Source of the DNA: Candidatus Hodarchaeota archaeon
Lineage (GTDB): Archaea > Asgardarchaeota > Lokiarchaeia > Sigyniarchaeales > SOKP01
Length of the DNA: 64,000 bases
Direction: 5' to 3'
Assembly (NCBI GenBank): GCA_048886685.1
Contig: JBHLKM010000008.1
Span: forward strand, 32,001-96,000
This document shows positions 1 to 9,915 of the stretch, piece by piece. The translations under genes and the position numbers were made by a program. The notes below the pieces were generated by a model. The model had not been told where the DNA came from and did no database searches. It saw only the letters and a program-made list of their open reading frames with translations. Positions within the stretch are counted from its first letter, which is position 1. Each line of letters starts with the position of its first letter.

Positions 1-1050
1 GCCTACAGGAACATCCTTTTGGAAAAAAGGACCAAGTAAGTACCCACCTCCATCAACTGCGCCATAAAATTCATTTATCTCTATATTGAAACGCTTCTCA
101 AATGGTATAACTAATTCTTTAGGACACGCAGCTGAAATTATCAATTTAACATCATTTTCACCATCATTAGGACGCTCTGGTTGTTTTAATAAAAATTGTG
201 GCATGGCACCTAATAAGTTAAAGGACGTAACCTTGTATTTTCTGCATATATCCCAATGTCGGCTCGCACTAAATCTTTTAGAAATGACTACAGGAGTTTC
301 TGTCATATATCCCGGCATTGTTGTTATTTGGAGAGCATTTCCGTGAAATAATGGTAAACATGTGAATAATACATTATCTCCACCTCCAAGAAATATTCTT
401 ACTAAACCAGCGGATGTTTGTAGAGCATTTCCTGCAAGTGTGCGATTATAAATAAATGTAGTAGCTTTTGGAGGTCCTGTAGTACCTGAAGTATACATGA
501 GATAACATTTTTCTTTAAAATCAATTTCGGCTTCAATATCATCATCAGGTGATTTCATAAGTTCTTGAAATGAAATCATGCCATCTGGAAGCTTAAAGTC
601 TGCCGGTGCTTCATTTATTTCCACTATAACATGCTTAATTTTGGGTAATTGATCTTTAATGTCCAAGTAAGCATCAATCATACTCCAATGTATCATTAAA
701 ATCTCTGAATCACTATGATCAATAACATATTGTAATGTTATCCCCCTTAAAGCAGTATTAATTAACACAGCATACCCTCCAAGTTTCCATGTCGCAAATA
801 AAGTAAATAAAAATTCGGGAGAATTAATTTCCATTAATGAAAGACCAACTCCTGGTTTCAATCCAAATTTTGATAATCCATTTGCCAACCGATTTGAATA
901 TACATGCATATCTCGATATGTATATTTTTCATCGATTCCTTTATCAAAATCCCGAACATAAGTTAAAAATACCTTGTCGCCTACAGTATCAGCTTTATTT
1001 TTCACAACATCATTAAATGTTGTTGTTGCTGTTATTTTAAAATCAGACAT
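1..1050 (-). CDS. Acyl-CoA synthetase (CaiC-like ATP-dependent CoA ligase), 3' end truncated by window edge
   Basis: Not in ORF track. Manual translation from ATG at 1050: MSDFKITATTTFNDVVKNKADTVGDKVFLTYVRDFDKGIDEKYTY... with AMP-binding motif YTSGTTGPPKA and LPLFHGNAL; GGTGA RBS just upstream; paralogue of 1309-3018 and 10912-12585. Confidence 0.92.
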   Translation of the reverse strand, partial: MSDFKITATTTFNDVVKNKADTVGDKVFLTYVRDFDKGIDEKYTYRDMHVYSNRLANGLSKFGLKPGVGLSLMEINSPEFLFTLFATWKLGGYAVLINTALRGITLQYVIDHSDSEILMIHWSMIDAYLDIKDQLPKIKHVIVEINEAPADFKLPDGMISFQELMKSPDDDIEAEIDFKEKCYLMYTSGTTGPPKATTFIYNRTLAGNALQTSAGLVRIFLGGGDNVLFTCLPLFHGNALQITTMPGYMTETPVVISKRFSASRHWDICRKYKVTSFNLLGAMPQFLLKQPERPNDGENDVKLIISAACPKELVIPFEKRFNIEINEFYGAVDGGGYLLGPFFQKDVPVG

Positions 1051-1214
1051 TATTTTCACCCTTTCAATTTTCAAACTTTTCTTATAAGAGATTGTTATAT
1101 TTACTTTAAATAAAAAAATAATAAAAATCTATTTAATAAAAAATTATCTTTTTAATTCATAGTATTTTTCTGGTATTTACAGAATAGTCATGTGAATTTT
1201 TAATCTAAAAAACT

Positions 1215-1254
1215 GTTAATCTCGCTCACAACAAGATTAACCAATAAGATTGGT
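1215..1254. promoter_or_regulatory. Adjacent inverted repeats in the intergenic region upstream of the first CoA ligase (possible operator or terminator)
   Basis: GTTAATCT-N11-AGATTAAC (1215-1241) overlapping ACCAAT-AAG-ATTGGT (1240-1254). Confidence 0.35.
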
Positions 1255-1308
1255 ATAATTTTATATCTGGAAAAAATTTTTAAAAAAAAGATTAAAATCC
1301 TATTACGT

Positions 1309-3018
1309 TTATCTCTTTATTTCATAACCTGCTTTTTCACGATCATAAGTTGTTTCGACTACTCCACGTTCTTTAAGAAACCTCTTCATTATTCTATGAA
1401 CTTTCGACTTTGGCAACTCATCTACAAAATCTATGAATCGTGGTATTTGGAAATAAGCGAGTTTATCTTGGAGGTAATCTAACAACTCTTCAGGAGTCAT
1501 CGTCTCATTGGGTTGTAATACTACAGCAACCATAACCTCATCTTCGGCATAATCCTCTCCAACTTGATGACCTTTTATACCATAGGCAGCAGATTCCAAT
1601 ACCTTATCATGACCATTAATCGCGCGTTCTACAGTCCAAGCTGCTATGTTTTCTCCACGGCGTCGAATCGAATCTTTCTTTCGATCCACAAAAAAGAACC
1701 AGCCATTTTCATCCTTAGTTGCTAAATCTCCTGTGAGAAACCAAGACCTACCATCGGGAGCTGTTTGGATCCGCGCTGCGGATGCTTCTGGATTTTTATA
1801 GTAAGTTACTTTTCTCATTTCTTTTTCTTTTTCTTTGACAAAAAATACCAATTCCCCAATCTCATTAGGCTCTAAGATATTTAAATCATCGTCCATAATT
1901 TCTGCTATAGCACCTGATATCGGTTTTCCCATTGAACCTACAGGAGCGTCAGGATTACCCTCAGTACTTAAACTAAAATTACTACCATCAACTGCTCCAT
2001 AGCCTTCATGCAATTTTACATTGAACCGTTCCTCGAAATCCCTAACAAGTTCTTTTGGAGCAGCAGCAGAAGAAACTACACGTACTTTATGAGCTTTATC
2101 ATTTAGACGTTCTGGTTGCTTCATAAGATACTGTGGCATTGAGCCTAAAGTGTTAAAAGTTGTAACTTCATATTTTCGTATTATATCCCAAAATCTAGAT
2201 GCTGAAAATCTTTTAGAAAGTACTACAGGGATTTCAGCATAATATCCAGGCATAGTGCATAATTGAAGGGCATTTCCATGAAATAATGGTAAACATGTAT
2301 ATAATTTAGCTCCTGGTTCTTTCCATCTAAGGGCCCATAGAAGTACACCAAGGAGTGCTTCTCCATATACACTTCTCTGAAAAAATGTCGTTGCTTTTGG
2401 CAAACCTGTAGTTCCAGATGTATACATTAATGTTAACATGTCATCTGGTCTTATATCTACTTTAGGATCATCTTCTGACTCATCTTTCATTAATTTCTGA
2501 AGAGATAAAATGCCTTCAGGTAATTTAAAATCAGCTGGAGCTTCATTGGTATCTACAATAACATGCTTAATTTTTGGTAACTGATCTTTTATATTTAAAT
2601 AATTCTCTATTAAAGTCCAATGTAGTACCAATGTTTTACTATCACTATGATCAATGATATATTGCAATCCCTCTCCTTTTAATCCTGTATTCACCAATAC
2701 TACATAATTCCCTATTTTCCATGCGCCAAACAATACAAATAAAAATTCGGGACTATTAATTTGATAAAGAGAAAGGCCTTCACCTCGATTTATTCCTATT
2801 TTTTGTAGGGCGTTTGAAAAACGATTGGATTTTAAGTACATATCTCTATAAGTATATTTTTCATCAATTCCCTTATCAAAATCTCTAATAAATGTTAGGA
2901 AAACTTTATCGCCGGCAACCTCTGCTTTTCGTTTTACAAGGTCAGCAAAAGTGGAGGTGGGGGTAATATTATTCCTTTCTCTTAAATTTTTCCTGAGTGT
3001 TTCAATCGGTATTGACAT
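1309..3018 (-). CDS. Acyl-CoA synthetase (CaiC-like, AMP-binding)
   Basis: YTSGTTGLPK, LPLFHGNAL, EGYG, TGDL, DRKKDSIRRRGENI motifs. Confidence 0.95.
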   Translation of the reverse strand: MSIPIETLRKNLRERNNITPTSTFADLVKRKAEVAGDKVFLTFIRDFDKGIDEKYTYRDMYLKSNRFSNALQKIGINRGEGLSLYQINSPEFLFVLFGAWKIGNYVVLVNTGLKGEGLQYIIDHSDSKTLVLHWTLIENYLNIKDQLPKIKHVIVDTNEAPADFKLPEGILSLQKLMKDESEDDPKVDIRPDDMLTLMYTSGTTGLPKATTFFQRSVYGEALLGVLLWALRWKEPGAKLYTCLPLFHGNALQLCTMPGYYAEIPVVLSKRFSASRFWDIIRKYEVTTFNTLGSMPQYLMKQPERLNDKAHKVRVVSSAAAPKELVRDFEERFNVKLHEGYGAVDGSNFSLSTEGNPDAPVGSMGKPISGAIAEIMDDDLNILEPNEIGELVFFVKEKEKEMRKVTYYKNPEASAARIQTAPDGRSWFLTGDLATKDENGWFFFVDRKKDSIRRRGENIAAWTVERAINGHDKVLESAAYGIKGHQVGEDYAEDEVMVAVVLQPNETMTPEELLDYLQDKLAYFQIPRFIDFVDELPKSKVHRIMKRFLKERGVVETTYDREKAGYEIKR

Positions 3019-3172
3019 AATTTTTTAATAACTAGCAGTAATATTACTTTTAAAAATAGTGTAAAATATAATAAATTGATGATTTGCCATACATTAATAT
3101 GACTTGTTTTATTCCCCTTTTATCTTTCTGAGATCTAAACCAATTTTATTTGTATTTTATTTTTTTGAAGTT

Positions 3173-3658
3173 TTAACATCGATTCCAATATTCTTTCAAA
3201 CGTACTGATACAGACTGTGAAGTAGAAAATATTTTACCTAATGAGTGGATATATATTGGGTCTATCCTTTTTATGAGCAAAATTTTATCAAAATCTATAT
3301 CATGACAATAAATCTCTTGAATTTTGTTTTCTGGTAAACTTGCCACAATTAAGGAGCCCCTTCCTCCAGTTCCATATTGTTCAGCGATCTCAAATCCACG
3401 TAAGATTGAAGATGTAGAAATATCGAGTACATTGATATTTTTCGAGTCAAAAATGGCAATTAACCTTTTTTTAACCTCAACCTCTTTATAGTTAAATGCT
3501 TTAACTAAGGCATGAAAACATTCCATGAATACTATTGATGGGATGCTCACGAGTTCTTTTCCATTAACTATATTTATTAAAAGTCCTTTACAAGGTAAAT
3601 GTTCAGTAAGATCTTTATTTAAAGCATACACAAGGATGTTCGAATCAATTCCCCTCAT
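3173..3658 (-). CDS. vapC: PIN-domain (VapC-like) toxin, possibly catalytically impaired
   Basis: IDSNILVYA, VFMEC, HDIDFD PIN motifs; likely start ATG at 3658 overlapping the upstream gene's stop (ATGA); ORF track start is 3667. Confidence 0.8.
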   Translation of the reverse strand: MRGIDSNILVYALNKDLTEHLPCKGLLINIVNGKELVSIPSIVFMECFHALVKAFNYKEVEVKKRLIAIFDSKNINVLDISTSSILRGFEIAEQYGTGGRGSLIVASLPENKIQEIYCHDIDFDKILLIKRIDPIYIHSLGKIFSTSQSVSVRLKEYWNRC

Positions 3659-3870
3659 GATTTCCACATACTCTTGCTTGCTTTTATTACATCTACGTTT
3701 TTTAAACCATCCGATAATGGAGTCTCTAAAATTTTCAGAATCTTATCTTTATTATCCATCTTTTTTCTAAGATCATGACAGAAAATAACGTAATCACCAA
3801 TTTTCATATTGAGACGATCTGCTTCTTTTTTGATCTCCCACCATTTATCATTTTGAGGGAATTTTTTCAC
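3655..3870 (-). CDS. Putative antitoxin (small protein translationally coupled to the PIN toxin)
   Basis: 71 aa, immediately upstream of and overlapping the PIN gene; IKKEADRLNMKIGDYV resembles RHH/CopG helices. Confidence 0.6.
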   Translation of the reverse strand: MKKFPQNDKWWEIKKEADRLNMKIGDYVIFCHDLRKKMDNKDKILKILETPLSDGLKNVDVIKASKSMWKS

Positions 3871-3980
3871 AAAAAATATAGGATTTTTTAAGAATTCTAT
3901 AAAGTTTAAAATATTGCTAATTTAATATTTTATAACTTAATATTTTAGTCAATATAAGAAATTAATAGAGAGTATAAATT

Positions 3981-5033
3981 ATGCCATGGGAAAATGTAGA
4001 ACATATTTTGCGACCCAATATGGATGAAATTCATATGGGTGTTATGAAAGTAGATGAAGATAAATGTAATAAATGTGGATTATGCATGGATAACTGCCCA
4101 TTTCGATGTTGGGAAAAAAATGAGGAAGATTTTCCTGTAATGAAGGAGGATTATGCTTGTTTCAGTTGTTATAACTGCAAAGTAGCCTGTCCAAATGATG
4201 CTGTCAATATAATAGATAGTTACCATGTAGATGATGGATTCTGGAAGACTGAACCTCATCCTCTACCTGCTAAATTGCCACTTGAGGCAAAAGATGAGGA
4301 AGGAAATCCAAAAGAATGGAATGAAATTGAAAAAGCGGTTTTTACTCGTCGAAGCGTAAGAAATTATAAGGATAAACCTATACCAGAGACGTTGATTCAG
4401 AGAGTTCTGGAAGCCGGAAGATTTGCCCCAAGTGCTGGAAATTGTCAACCTTGGAGATTCATTGTTATCACTGATAAAGCATTACTTGCTGAAATTGACA
4501 AAACAACTAAGAATTTACTAGCGAATTTATATAATATGTATGTAAATGATAAAACAGTAAAGGGATTAGCATCTATGGTAGAGGGTCCTCCATTCAGTGT
4601 TGCAGCATTTGATCCTCGGGTTATGCTTGGAGGTTTTGGTGTAATGGCTAAACATAAAGAACTTTATCCAAGTATGGATGCACCTGCTGTGATATTATTA
4701 CTCGCTGACGAAAGATCTATAGGAAGTGCTGAATTAAATATTGGTATATGCGGACAGAATATGAATTTAGTCGCAAATTCTTTAGGAATAAAAGCCTGTT
4801 GGAATGGATTTATTGCTGCGGGTATTAATTTTTTCCAACCAATAAAGAAAAAATTAGGTATTAAAAAACCCTGGTCTGTAGCTAGTTCATTATGTCTTGG
4901 TTACCCGAGATTTAAACAAGAAGGGATGGTACCACGTGAATTCAGACCAGTAACTTGGTTTAGAGAAGGTGCAGAGGGTCCTGAAATACAAGAAGAGGCA
5001 AGTATTCCACAAGCAGGAAAACAAGAGGTATAA
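3981..5033 (+). CDS. Nitroreductase family protein with N-terminal 2[4Fe-4S] ferredoxin domain
   Basis: CNKCGLCMDNCP and CFSCYNCKVACP; RRSVRNY and APSAGNCQPWRF nitroreductase motifs. Confidence 0.93.
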   Translation: MPWENVEHILRPNMDEIHMGVMKVDEDKCNKCGLCMDNCPFRCWEKNEEDFPVMKEDYACFSCYNCKVACPNDAVNIIDSYHVDDGFWKTEPHPLPAKLPLEAKDEEGNPKEWNEIEKAVFTRRSVRNYKDKPIPETLIQRVLEAGRFAPSAGNCQPWRFIVITDKALLAEIDKTTKNLLANLYNMYVNDKTVKGLASMVEGPPFSVAAFDPRVMLGGFGVMAKHKELYPSMDAPAVILLLADERSIGSAELNIGICGQNMNLVANSLGIKACWNGFIAAGINFFQPIKKKLGIKKPWSVASSLCLGYPRFKQEGMVPREFRPVTWFREGAEGPEIQEEASIPQAGKQEV

Positions 5034-5075
5034 AGGAAAATTATAAAAGAAAATAAAAAAAAAATACAATTTTAT

Positions 5076-6314
5076 TTAAGAAAGAGATTCTAAAATTAAC
5101 TCAACTAAATCAGTCATCTTAAGATTTGAATTTAGTTCTTGTATAGCATCAGAAAGATTTCGATAACAGAAGGGACAAGTGCTAACTAGATAATCTGCAC
5201 CTGTTTCTTCAGCTTCTTTAACCCTATTTTTAGCCAAATCCATAGATAATTCTGGAAATCCTTTTCTCACTCCACCTCCAGCTCCACAGCACATTGCCCC
5301 TATACGATTCGTTTTCATCTCTGTTAAATTTGAAATTTTCTTTAATATATCTCTTGGTTCTTCATATAAACCCATATGTCTTCCGATATGACAAGGATCA
5401 TGGTATGTGGTTTTTATATCCAAGTTTTTTAGCTTTACATCTTTTTCTGCTACAATTTTGTTTAAAAATTCCACTGAATGGAGTATCTTGATGCCTTCTA
5501 ATCTATCTCCATAATCCTTTTTAAATGTTCTATAACAACCAGCACAACTTGTGACAATTGTTTTTATTCCTCTATCGTTAAAAAACCTAACATTCTCTTC
5601 TACAACTTTTTCAAATGACTTTCTATCTCCAGTTCGCATAGCTACACTCCCGCAACAAACTTCATGTTCTCCAAAAACTGAAAAATCTATACCCAATTTA
5701 TCAAATATTTTTGCGGTAGCTATTGCAACACGATGGATTAGAGGTGTTAAAGCCGAGGTACATCCAACGAAGTAAAGGGATTCAGCATCTTCTTTGCTTG
5801 CATCTTTAACTTTAAAATCTAGTTCTTTAGTCCAGTCAATTTTGTCTTTATTATCTCGTTCATATGGATTCAATAATTCAAACATTGCTTTATTCATAGG
5901 AACTTGAGACTCAATTGGATATCCAGCTTCAACTAAGTCAGCTCTTAGGGCTTCATATACATTGACATGGTCCATAATTGTCTTCATGGGAAAATCAAAA
6001 TTCTCATTTTGAGAGTTAAAACATAATTCTTCACAGAGTCCGCAAAGTGTACACTGAAATATTAGATTGCTTATTTCTTGGCTTAGTTTTAAATCTCCCC
6101 TAAAAAGTCCTTTTAGAATAACATTTTTACCTCGAGGGTTAAATGGTTCAAATTTTGGCACAATATCTGATTTATACACAGGACAACTATAAAAAATTCC
6201 TTTTGATGGCCAATTAGCAACTCGACATTGTCCACATTGAGCACATGCTATGGCTGCATCTTCAAACACGCTTAAATTCTTTAAACCTTTTTTTATTTCA
6301 GTCATTTTTAACAC
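5076..6314 (-). CDS. Fe-S oxidoreductase with two CCG domains (GlcF/HdrD-like)
   Basis: CAQCGQC, CTLCGLCEELC, YFVGC, CCGS, SCAGC, YHDPCH, CCGAGGG, CPFC. Confidence 0.92.
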   Translation of the reverse strand: MLKMTEIKKGLKNLSVFEDAAIACAQCGQCRVANWPSKGIFYSCPVYKSDIVPKFEPFNPRGKNVILKGLFRGDLKLSQEISNLIFQCTLCGLCEELCFNSQNENFDFPMKTIMDHVNVYEALRADLVEAGYPIESQVPMNKAMFELLNPYERDNKDKIDWTKELDFKVKDASKEDAESLYFVGCTSALTPLIHRVAIATAKIFDKLGIDFSVFGEHEVCCGSVAMRTGDRKSFEKVVEENVRFFNDRGIKTIVTSCAGCYRTFKKDYGDRLEGIKILHSVEFLNKIVAEKDVKLKNLDIKTTYHDPCHIGRHMGLYEEPRDILKKISNLTEMKTNRIGAMCCGAGGGVRKGFPELSMDLAKNRVKEAEETGADYLVSTCPFCYRNLSDAIQELNSNLKMTDLVELILESLS

Positions 6315-6317
6315 CTT

Positions 6318-7829
6318 TTAATAGTTTTCAGTTAGATAAAATTTGCCAGGAGATAGAATTCCGTTAGGGTCAAGCGCTTTCTTTATGGTAATCATGAAGT
6401 TGTAATATTCTTCTGATAATGCTCCTGAATCAACTAAGCTTCTTCCTATAATTTCACCCATCCAGTAGTGTACTGCCCCTAACTCTTTTATCTGAGTAAT
6501 TAAAAAGTCTTTCCATAATTCTATTTGAGCCTCTCTGTGTTCTACACTGCTTAAAACACCAGCCCCACCCGCAACATCAATATATGTTGGATTAACTCCA
6601 AATGCTACGAATTCCGCACCGCCGCCTATCCCTCCCATTTCTGCCATTTTTGCAAAATTACGTTTAATCCAATTATCATACATTATTCTGTACTCTGGTA
6701 ATTGATACGTAGGGCATTTCACACATCCCCCCATACCAAATAAATATCCTCCCGCCCAACTGTGATTAGACCACTGCCACCTTCCATCTTCTTCATAAAA
6801 CCACTTTCCAATATTACCTTCTTCCACAGTAGGACCTAATTTCTCAAATTCTGCATCTTGAGCAATTTTTTCGATTCTTTCCACATTATAGTCTAATTGT
6901 TTTTGAGTATCTGCGACCGTAGTATAAAATAAAGTCGCACCTCTAACTTTTGCATCAATTAAAGGCTTGGCAATTTTTTGTCCTTTTAGTGAGTTTACAG
7001 TAGATTGAGTATAATAAAAGAAATCGTGCAACGGTAATTTATCATGTTGCCATTTGATCATTACCTTCGAAGCTCGTTCTGGTGGAGTCATTTCCTTGGT
7101 TCTTTTAATTACATATGTTGCATATCCTGCATATTCTGGAAGAGAATATATATTCAAAGAGGCTTTTGTCTTTATTCCATGTATTCCAACATCACCTAAA
7201 AATATGCCAGAATAGTCAGCTCCTAACCCAAACCTAGTAAAAGGTTTATCACGAAACGTATTAGCCTTTGCCCCTGTATAAATTATCTCTCCTGTAGGTA
7301 GGACAACCTCTAATCCTACACATTGTTCAGTTACGGCTCCATACATAGCAGCACCCCCACCCCCTACTGTATTATTTGAAAGTCCACCCCCAATAGTTGC
7401 AGAGAATCCAGAAGCAGGACCAGTCGATCCTGTATAATATCCGATTCCTACATTGCTTAATTGCTCACATAATTCACTCCAAGAGATCCCAACTTCAACA
7501 GTGACAATTCGGTTTTCTTCATCAATATCTAATATTTTATTCATACGAGTAACATCTAGAACAATTCCCCCATCGCCAATTGGTTTTGCACCCCCTGTTA
7601 AATCTGCACCATTCCCTCTGGGGATTATCTTTGTCCCGTATTTATTTGCAACTTTTAGGATTTCAGAAATTTCCTCTACAGTTATTGGTTTTACAACAAT
7701 ATCTGGGATGCCTTGTAATGTAAAATCACAATTCATTGAATAAGAATAACAAACTGGTTCAGAATCAGAAACGTATTTAGTACCTACGATGTTTTCTATT
7801 TCTTCATACACATTTTGAGTTTCATTCAT
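6318..7829 (-). CDS. FAD-binding oxidoreductase (VAO/GlcD/AGPS-like family), paralogue 1
   Basis: PRGNGADLTGG, ATIGG, GLEVVLPTGEI, IKKALDPNGILSPGK; C-terminal GAVHYWMGE. Confidence 0.9.
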   Translation of the reverse strand: MNETQNVYEEIENIVGTKYVSDSEPVCYSYSMNCDFTLQGIPDIVVKPITVEEISEILKVANKYGTKIIPRGNGADLTGGAKPIGDGGIVLDVTRMNKILDIDEENRIVTVEVGISWSELCEQLSNVGIGYYTGSTGPASGFSATIGGGLSNNTVGGGGAAMYGAVTEQCVGLEVVLPTGEIIYTGAKANTFRDKPFTRFGLGADYSGIFLGDVGIHGIKTKASLNIYSLPEYAGYATYVIKRTKEMTPPERASKVMIKWQHDKLPLHDFFYYTQSTVNSLKGQKIAKPLIDAKVRGATLFYTTVADTQKQLDYNVERIEKIAQDAEFEKLGPTVEEGNIGKWFYEEDGRWQWSNHSWAGGYLFGMGGCVKCPTYQLPEYRIMYDNWIKRNFAKMAEMGGIGGGAEFVAFGVNPTYIDVAGGAGVLSSVEHREAQIELWKDFLITQIKELGAVHYWMGEIIGRSLVDSGALSEEYYNFMITIKKALDPNGILSPGKFYLTENY

Positions 7830-8050
7830 AATTTATCAATTGTTCACAATCTATTTAATAATTTTTTCAAAATTTTGATAACAAAAAAAGAAGAAAACTT
7901 ATTATTTATTTTTTATATTTTAAAATAGTTGAATAGTTCAATTAAGGGTGATTTTAAAACAAAATTTTATAAATATTAAAACTCAATTATAAAACGGAAT
8001 CTAAAAAATAAATTATAAAATTCATAAAAACAGAATATTTAGGAGTTGTA

Positions 8051-8491
8051 ATGAAAATGGTTGATATGAATTTGGCAAATGAAGTTAGAGAAATGAATGA
8101 AAGTAAGACTATGATGGATGATCCAAAGAATGTTCTTAAATTAATGGAACTTGTGAAGCAAGTAGCAGCTGAAGATGAGGAATTAAAAGAAGAATTAGAG
8201 GATATGGATAAAATTGTTGGACAGATGGTCGTTACAGACAAAGATTTCTCGTGGTGGCTTGCCGCTGGTGAAAGTGCTTTTGATTACGGTGAAGGACAGA
8301 CAGATGATCCTAACTTTACAATGAAAGCTAATTGGGAAACATTAGGGGGAATAATGTCTGGAGATATTGATGGTACTTCCGCCTATATGTCAGGAGATCT
8401 AGTTATTGAAGGGAATCTCCAAGATGTAATGGGTTATGCCGAGTTTATGCGAATAGCTGTTGAGGCTATGGAAAGACTTGCTGATGGATAA
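8051..8491 (+). CDS. SCP2 sterol/lipid-binding domain protein
   Basis: C-terminal GEGQTDDPNFTM...IMSGDIDGTSAYMSGDLVIEGNL matches the SCP2 signature. Confidence 0.85.
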   Translation: MKMVDMNLANEVREMNESKTMMDDPKNVLKLMELVKQVAAEDEELKEELEDMDKIVGQMVVTDKDFSWWLAAGESAFDYGEGQTDDPNFTMKANWETLGGIMSGDIDGTSAYMSGDLVIEGNLQDVMGYAEFMRIAVEAMERLADG

Positions 8492-8598
8492 TCCGATTAA
8501 GTAAAATATAATAATTATATTTAATTTCTTTTTTTTTTTATAAAAGCGAAACTGATAATAATATAGCATTATTTTCTTGTATTAATTAGTTTAATTAA

Positions 8599-9849
8599 GT
8601 GATGATTATAAGCGATAAAGTCTATGTATATAGTGTAGGAATGACTAAATTTGGCAAGTTTCTTGATAAGAGCATTAAAGATTTGACTAAGGAGGCACTT
8701 AAATCCCTCCAAGATGACAACGATTTCGATTTAACCAATATTGAAGCTGCATGGTTTTCCAATACTGGTTGGGGAATGACAGATTTTCAGCATAGCATCC
8801 GAGGGCAAGTAGCACTTACTCCTAATGGAGTAGATAAAGTTCCAATAACAAATGTAGAAAATGCATGTGCTAGTGGAAGTACAGCATTCAACGGGGCATG
8901 GACTGCTATTAAAGCTGGAGTATTCGATTGTACCTTAGCTATTGGTACTGAAAAAGTATATCAAGAAGATCGAGCTAAAATGATGGGAGGTTTCATAGCC
9001 TATACAGACGTCGAAATGACAAGAAATCTGATAGCACAAATGCAAAAAGCAGCTAAAGAAAGAGCAGAAAAAGCAGCAAAAAGTGGAGAAAAGAAGGAAG
9101 GGAAGAAGGGAAGTCATTCAGTCTTCATGGATTTCTATGCAGCAGGAGCACGAGCTCACATGAAAGCATATGGAACGACACAGCGACAACTTGCAGCAAT
9201 TGCAGCAAAAAACCATAACAATTCCACCATGAATCCGCTTGCTCAATATACTTTCCCTATGACAGTTGATCAGGTTATGGAAGATTATGAAGTTGCGTAT
9301 CCATTAACTAGAGCAATGTGCGCCCCGGTAGGTGATGGATCGGCTGCTGCAATTCTGTGTTCTGAAAAATTTTTAAAAGAGCACCCTAATGATAAAGCAA
9401 TCCTAGTAAGAGCCTCAATTCTTCGGTCTGGTTCTTGGCAAAAAGATAATGTGTCTGAACGAGCTTCTACAGCTGCTTATAAAATGGCATCTCTTAACCC
9501 AAAAGATATAAATGTTGCTGAAGTTCATGATGCTACGGCTTATGGAGAACTCGAACAGATTGAACAAATGGGATTTTGCCCGGTAGGAAAAGGAGGTCCA
9601 TTTACCGAGAGTGGAGAAACAGAGCTTGGAGGTAAGATTCCAGTAAACCCAAGTGGTGGTTTATTATCTCGTGGACATCCTTTAGGCGCCTCTGGTTTAG
9701 CACAAATCTATGAACTTGTGACTCAGTTACGTGGAGACGCCGGCAAAAGACAAGTTGACAATCCTAAATTTGCCCTAGCTGAAAATGGTGGAGGAACAAT
9801 TGGTTCAGGGCCAGCAGCTATGTGTGTGCATATATTAGAAGCGATTTAA
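8599..9849 (+). CDS. Thiolase, SCP2/SCPx-type
   Basis: ENACASG catalytic Cys, EVHDAT, GGLLSRGHPLGASG, ENGGG. Confidence 0.93.
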   Translation: MMIISDKVYVYSVGMTKFGKFLDKSIKDLTKEALKSLQDDNDFDLTNIEAAWFSNTGWGMTDFQHSIRGQVALTPNGVDKVPITNVENACASGSTAFNGAWTAIKAGVFDCTLAIGTEKVYQEDRAKMMGGFIAYTDVEMTRNLIAQMQKAAKERAEKAAKSGEKKEGKKGSHSVFMDFYAAGARAHMKAYGTTQRQLAAIAAKNHNNSTMNPLAQYTFPMTVDQVMEDYEVAYPLTRAMCAPVGDGSAAAILCSEKFLKEHPNDKAILVRASILRSGSWQKDNVSERASTAAYKMASLNPKDINVAEVHDATAYGELEQIEQMGFCPVGKGGPFTESGETELGGKIPVNPSGGLLSRGHPLGASGLAQIYELVTQLRGDAGKRQVDNPKFALAENGGGTIGSGPAAMCVHILEAI

Positions 9850-9915
9850 AATATTTTCACATTTCTTTCTTTATTCTCAAATTTTATTTTTCACCTTAAA
9901 ATTCCAAATTGAAGA

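Noticed and set aside
5076-6314. CCG proteins as evidence of methanogenic heterodisulfide reductase
   Set aside because: They are paired with FAD oxidoreductases (GlcD/GlcF-like arrangement); no hdrE or hdrABC context
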